From the NCBI GenBank assembly GCA_048268245.1, contig JBLWVX010000004.1:32001-96000 (forward strand): a stretch of 64,000 bases of DNA, in the 5' to 3' direction. Shown here in pieces: positions 60,010 to 64,000 of the stretch. The notes below the pieces were generated by a model. The model was not told where the DNA came from and did no database searches. It saw nothing but the letters and a program-made list of their open reading frames with translations. Every line of letters starts with the position of its first letter. Position 1 is the stretch's first letter. The position numbers and the translations under genes are program-made. This DNA is from Arcobacteraceae bacterium. Lineage in GTDB: Bacteria; Campylobacterota; Campylobacteria; Campylobacterales; Arcobacteraceae.

Positions 60010-60633
60010 ATGGAACTAAATGTTTGGATTACATTACTTCTTGCTTCAATTGCTATTTCTATATCACCAGGAGCAGGTGCTGTTGTATCAATGAATCATG
60101 GGATTAAATACGGATTAAAAAAGTCATATCCTGCTATTTTTGGATTACAAGCTGGATTATTAGCTCAAACTTTCATAGTTGTTATTGGTCTTGGTGCTCT
60201 TATTGCAAAATCTGTAATGCTTTTTAATATAATCAAATGGATTGGTGTTGCTTACTTAGTCTATTTAGGTCTTTCAAAATTTTTGGAAAAAGTTGAAGTA
60301 ATTGATCATGAAAATCATCTAAATAACTACAATGCAAAGAAATCTTTTATTAGTGCCACATTAATAAATCTTACAAATGCAAAAGCTACAGTTTTTTTAG
60401 TAGCATTTATTCCCCAGTTTTTAAATCCAAATGAGTCTTTATGGCTTCAATTTGCAATAATCGGTCTTACTTTATGTATAATTGATATTTTTGTAATGAC
60501 AGGATATTCAGGGCTTGCTTCTAAATTGAAATTTTTAATAAAAGATGTAAAAGCTATGAAAATTCAAAATAGAATTACAGGAAGTTTTCTAATTTTAGCT
60601 GCTATTTTTATGTCAACAGCAAAAAAATCTTAA
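60010..60633 (+). CDS. RhtB/LysE-family amino-acid exporter
   Basis: ISPGAGAV, KWIGVAYLVYLG, NLTNAKA..F.VAFIPQF. Confidence 0.9.
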   Translation: MELNVWITLLLASIAISISPGAGAVVSMNHGIKYGLKKSYPAIFGLQAGLLAQTFIVVIGLGALIAKSVMLFNIIKWIGVAYLVYLGLSKFLEKVEVIDHENHLNNYNAKKSFISATLINLTNAKATVFLVAFIPQFLNPNESLWLQFAIIGLTLCIIDIFVMTGYSGLASKLKFLIKDVKAMKIQNRITGSFLILAAIFMSTAKKS

Positions 60634-60718
60634 ATTTTCAAAATTTATCTAAAGGGCTTAAAATAGTACTTTAGATAAAAACAAACTATTAGTTGATACT
60701 TACTTTTTATAAATACTC

Positions 60719-60748
60719 TTGACAAATAGTACTAATTAGTACTATAAT
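60719..60748 (+). promoter_or_regulatory. marR promoter with a perfect 20-bp palindromic operator
   Basis: TTGACA (60719), 18 bp, TATAAT (60743); ATAGTACTAATTAGTACTAT at 60726-60745 fills the spacer. Confidence 0.85.
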
Positions 60749-60767
60749 TTCAAAAGGAGTTAAAAAC

Positions 60768-61220
60768 ATGAATACGCAATCAATTAAAAGTTATGGAAAA
60801 AGAACAGATAAATCTATGAAAACTATTGTTAGAATAGAGAAATTTAGAACCAAATTTCATAATAAACTAATTGACTACTTGAATGGTTTTGACTTGACGT
60901 TTAATCAGTTTAAAGTACTAGAAGTGCTTTATCATAGAGGTGATTTAAATATTAGTTCAATTACAAAACTTACTATGAGTACACCTGGTAATATTACAGT
61001 TGTTGTAAAAAACCTAAAAAGAGATGGATGGATTACAGCGATAAAAGACCCAGAAGATAGTAGAGCTTCAATTTTAACTATCACTCAAAAAGGGATTAAA
61101 ATAATTGAAGAGTTATTTCCAGATCACGCAAGAAATGTGTATAAACTATTAGAAGTTTTAAGTGATGATGAATTAGATACTTTATATGAACTTCTAAATA
61201 AAGTTTATAAAGCAAATTAA
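60768..61220 (+). CDS. MarR-family transcriptional regulator
   Basis: LTFNQFKVLEVL, GNITVVVKNLKRDGWI, DPEDSR, ITQKG. Confidence 0.93.
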   Translation: MNTQSIKSYGKRTDKSMKTIVRIEKFRTKFHNKLIDYLNGFDLTFNQFKVLEVLYHRGDLNISSITKLTMSTPGNITVVVKNLKRDGWITAIKDPEDSRASILTITQKGIKIIEELFPDHARNVYKLLEVLSDDELDTLYELLNKVYKAN

Positions 61221-61234
61221 AAAATTTTAAACTA

Positions 61235-61254
61235 TTAGTACTAACTAGTAGCAA
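61235..61254 (+). promoter_or_regulatory. Second, degenerate MarR operator upstream of yceI
   Basis: TAGTACTAACTAGTAGCA versus TAGTACTAATTAGTACTA. Confidence 0.65.
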
Positions 61255-61293
61255 AAAATATCTATAAAATTATATAAAAAAAGGACAAATAAA

Positions 61294-61863
61294 ATGACAA
61301 AATTAGTAAAATTAGGATTAGCTTCAATTTTAAGTGCAGGAGCATTATACGCAGGAACATACAATGTAGATACAAGCCACTCAAATGTAGGATTTAAAGT
61401 AAAACATATGATGATTTCAAACGTAACTGGGAAATTTGATACATTTAATGGTTCATTTGATTATGATGAAAAAACAAATACATTAAAATCATTAAGTGGT
61501 GTAGTTGAAGTAAAATCAATCAATACTGCAAACGAAAAAAGAGATAAACACTTAAAAGATAGTGATTTCTTTGCAGCTGATAAATACCCTCAAATTAAAT
61601 TTGATTTAAATAAAGTAGAAGATGATAAAGCTTATGGAAAATTAACAATGAGAGGTGTTACTAAAGATGTTGTTTTAGATGTTGAAACAAATGGAACAAT
61701 TAAAGATCCTTGGGGAAATACTAGAGCTGGTTTAGTCCTTGAAGGAAAAGTTAATAGAATGGATTATGGAATTAAATATAACTCTGTTTTAGAAGCAGGT
61801 GGTGTTGCAGTTGGTGAAAAAGTAAAGCTAATTGTTGAACTAGAAGGTATCTTAAAAAAATAA
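61294..61863 (+). CDS. yceI: YceI-family periplasmic isoprenoid/quinone-binding protein
   Basis: Signal peptide; VDTSHSNVGFKVKH, RDKHLKDSDFF, LTMRGVTK, DPWGN. Confidence 0.93.
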   Translation: MTKLVKLGLASILSAGALYAGTYNVDTSHSNVGFKVKHMMISNVTGKFDTFNGSFDYDEKTNTLKSLSGVVEVKSINTANEKRDKHLKDSDFFAADKYPQIKFDLNKVEDDKAYGKLTMRGVTKDVVLDVETNGTIKDPWGNTRAGLVLEGKVNRMDYGIKYNSVLEAGGVAVGEKVKLIVELEGILKK

Positions 61864-61872
61864 GGATATATT

Positions 61873-62652
61873 ATGTACCCATCACTATTTATTTCACATG
61901 GAGCACCAAATATAATATTAGGTAATTCCTTTTCAAAAAAAAATATAAAAAAGTTTACAAAAACTCTTAAGAAACCAAAATATATTATTATCTTTTCAGC
62001 TCATTATATAACCAATGACTTAAAGATTTTGGATTATGAAAAACCTGAACTATTGTATGATTTTTATGGATTTGAAAAAGAGTTATATTCGTATAAATAC
62101 GAAATAAATAGTGATAAACTTTGTTCTCTTAAAGTTTTGAAGCATTTAAATTCCCATAATTTAAATGCTTCCATACACAAAGGTAAAAATAGTTTTGATC
62201 ATGGAGTATGGACAACCTTATCTATGATGTATGAAAAATTAGATATTCCTGTTATTCAAATAAGTCTACCTAGAAGTTTTAGTGATGAACAACTAATAAA
62301 CTTAGGAGAAATACTAAAAGAGTTAAAAGATGAAGCCATGATAATTACTAGTGGAGGATTAACTCACAACTTAGCGAATATGAGTGCAAATCCTGCTGTA
62401 AAAAAATATGCAAAAGATTTTAATGATTATATATATGATGCTATAACTAATGGTAAAAAACAAGAGTTATTAAAAAGTAGAAATGAACCTACTTTTTATA
62501 TGAATCATCCTACTGATGAACACTTTTTACCACTATTTATTGCATTTGGTAGTGCTAATAATAAAAAAGGAACTTCATTTAATAGTGAGATTGTTTATTC
62601 AAATATCTCAATGGAATGTTTTGCTTTTGATATAAAGGATTTGAAATGTTAA
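61873..62652 (+). CDS. DODA/YgiD-type extradiol dioxygenase
   Basis: LFISHGAP, SAHY, YDFYGF, FDHGVW, SGGLTHNL, HPTDEHFLPL. Confidence 0.92.
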   Translation: MYPSLFISHGAPNIILGNSFSKKNIKKFTKTLKKPKYIIIFSAHYITNDLKILDYEKPELLYDFYGFEKELYSYKYEINSDKLCSLKVLKHLNSHNLNASIHKGKNSFDHGVWTTLSMMYEKLDIPVIQISLPRSFSDEQLINLGEILKELKDEAMIITSGGLTHNLANMSANPAVKKYAKDFNDYIYDAITNGKKQELLKSRNEPTFYMNHPTDEHFLPLFIAFGSANNKKGTSFNSEIVYSNISMECFAFDIKDLKC

Positions 62653-63350
62653 AAAAATTACCAAAAGAAAATATGGGAACTTCAAACCTTGGATGGCTAG
62701 AGAGTAGATTTCACTTCTCTTTTGCTGAATATAGAAATCCTGAAAATATAAACTTTGGCGTTTTAAGAGTATTAAATGATGATATTGTTCATCCACAAAG
62801 TGGCTTTGATATGCACCCACATGAAAACATGGAAATCATCTCTTATGTAGTTGATGGAGAGATTACACATAAAGACTCTATGGGTAATCAAGAGACTCTA
62901 AAAAAAGGAGAAGTTCAATATCTAAGTGCAGGTGATGGTATTTTTCATAGTGAGCACAATCTTCATAGAAGTAAAGATTTAAGACTCTTACAAATATGGG
63001 TTTATCCTCCAAAAAGAGGACTTCCTAGACTTTATGGTTCTCATAAATTTACAAAAGAAGAAAGAGAAAACAAACTTTTAAATATAGTATCTTCACAAGA
63101 TGGAAATGCAAAAATAAAAATCTATCAAGATGTACAGTTTTATGTAAGTGAACTTGAAAAAAATAAAAGCATAAAGTTTGATATAACCGAGAATAAACAA
63201 GTTTATTTTGTTTTGATTGAAGGAATAGCTTTAATAAATGGTATTGAATTAAACCATGGAGATGCTATGGAAATTACAAAAGAGAGCAATCTTGAAATCA
63301 AGGCTACTGAGAACTCACACTTTCTTTTTATTGAAATGAAAGAAGAGTAA
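62646..63350 (+). CDS. Pirin-family protein (YhhW-like)
   Basis: GWLESRFHFSF, LRVLNDD, HPHENMEI, HKDSMGN, HSEHN. Confidence 0.94.
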   Translation: MLKKLPKENMGTSNLGWLESRFHFSFAEYRNPENINFGVLRVLNDDIVHPQSGFDMHPHENMEIISYVVDGEITHKDSMGNQETLKKGEVQYLSAGDGIFHSEHNLHRSKDLRLLQIWVYPPKRGLPRLYGSHKFTKEERENKLLNIVSSQDGNAKIKIYQDVQFYVSELEKNKSIKFDITENKQVYFVLIEGIALINGIELNHGDAMEITKESNLEIKATENSHFLFIEMKEE

Positions 63351-63365
63351 AACTCCTCTTTTCTA

Positions 63366-63980
63366 TTAAGATAAAATCTCTTCTACAGTGATATAATCAC
63401 CTACTCTACCTGTCATTTTCTCTACATCAGTATTTACTGGTAGTGTTTTTTTACCAGGAACCCATCCAGCAGGACAAACTTCTCCAGTTTTTTCTGCATA
63501 TTGCCATGCTTTCACTTGTCTCAAAAACTCATTTACATTTCTTCCAACCATCGGAGCTTGAACTTCTTGAGCAACTACTGTTCCTTCTGGATTAATTAAA
63601 AATCTTCCTCTAAGAGCAATACCCTCTTCTTCAATCATAACACCAAATGCTCTACTAACAGTACCTGTTGGGTCAGCTCCTATTGTTAATTTTAATCCTT
63701 CTAATAAAGGTTCTGTTTCAACAAACCTTTTATGTGAAAACTTTGTATCTGTAGAAACAGCTAAAATTTCAACACCTAACTCTTGAAACTCATCATATTT
63801 TGCATTCATTGCAGCAATTTCAGTTGGACACACAAATGTAAAGTCAGCTGGATAGAAACAAACTACATGCCATTTACCTTTATAATCATCACTTTTTACT
63901 TCTACATAATGTCCTGATTTTGAATCATATGCATCCATCTTAAACTCTGGGGCTTTTCTTAAAACTAAACTTGAACTCAT
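63366..63980 (-). CDS. 2-Cys peroxiredoxin (AhpC/TSA family)
   Basis: FYPADFTFVCPTE, GEVCPAGW. Confidence 0.95.
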   Translation of the reverse strand: MSSSLVLRKAPEFKMDAYDSKSGHYVEVKSDDYKGKWHVVCFYPADFTFVCPTEIAAMNAKYDEFQELGVEILAVSTDTKFSHKRFVETEPLLEGLKLTIGADPTGTVSRAFGVMIEEEGIALRGRFLINPEGTVVAQEVQAPMVGRNVNEFLRQVKAWQYAEKTGEVCPAGWVPGKKTLPVNTDVEKMTGRVGDYITVEEILS

Positions 63981-64000
63981 TTTATTTTCCTTTTTATTGT

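Overview
AT-rich chromosomal window from a Campylobacterota bacterium, most likely Arcobacteraceae (inferred from the ispDF-RR-pgpA, purA-DUF507-carA and porCDAB gene order plus luxS and metH). Most of it is housekeeping: rplM-rpsI, pyruvate:ferredoxin oxidoreductase, a tripartite tricarboxylate transporter with a two-component system, luxS, metH, ilvE, hisIE, mrp, thiC, ispDF, pgpA, carA, purA, hisZ, a MarR-yceI-dioxygenase-pirin cluster and a peroxiredoxin. The accessory parts are: (1) a 10.6-kb type-I-secretion-like operon with no ABC ATPase, made of a TolC lipoprotein with SH3-like tails, two adaptor proteins, a 1471-aa LEPRxLF/DUF4347/VCBS-repeat protein and an M50 site-2-protease/adaptor fusion whose N-terminus resembles a PqqD/RRE domain; (2) a defence islet with a Septu-like ATPase+HNH pair and a HipBST-like toxin-antitoxin triad; (3) a YbdK ligase + gamma-glutamyltransferase pair; (4) a Kunitz/BPTI lipoprotein; (5) a histone-H1-like Lys/Ala miniprotein; (6) structured intergenic elements, including a 106-bp tandem repeat with compensatory base changes that supplies the thiC stop codon. 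No rRNA, tRNA, CRISPR array, integrase or transposase was recognised. All calls come from reading motifs by eye; no database searches were run.
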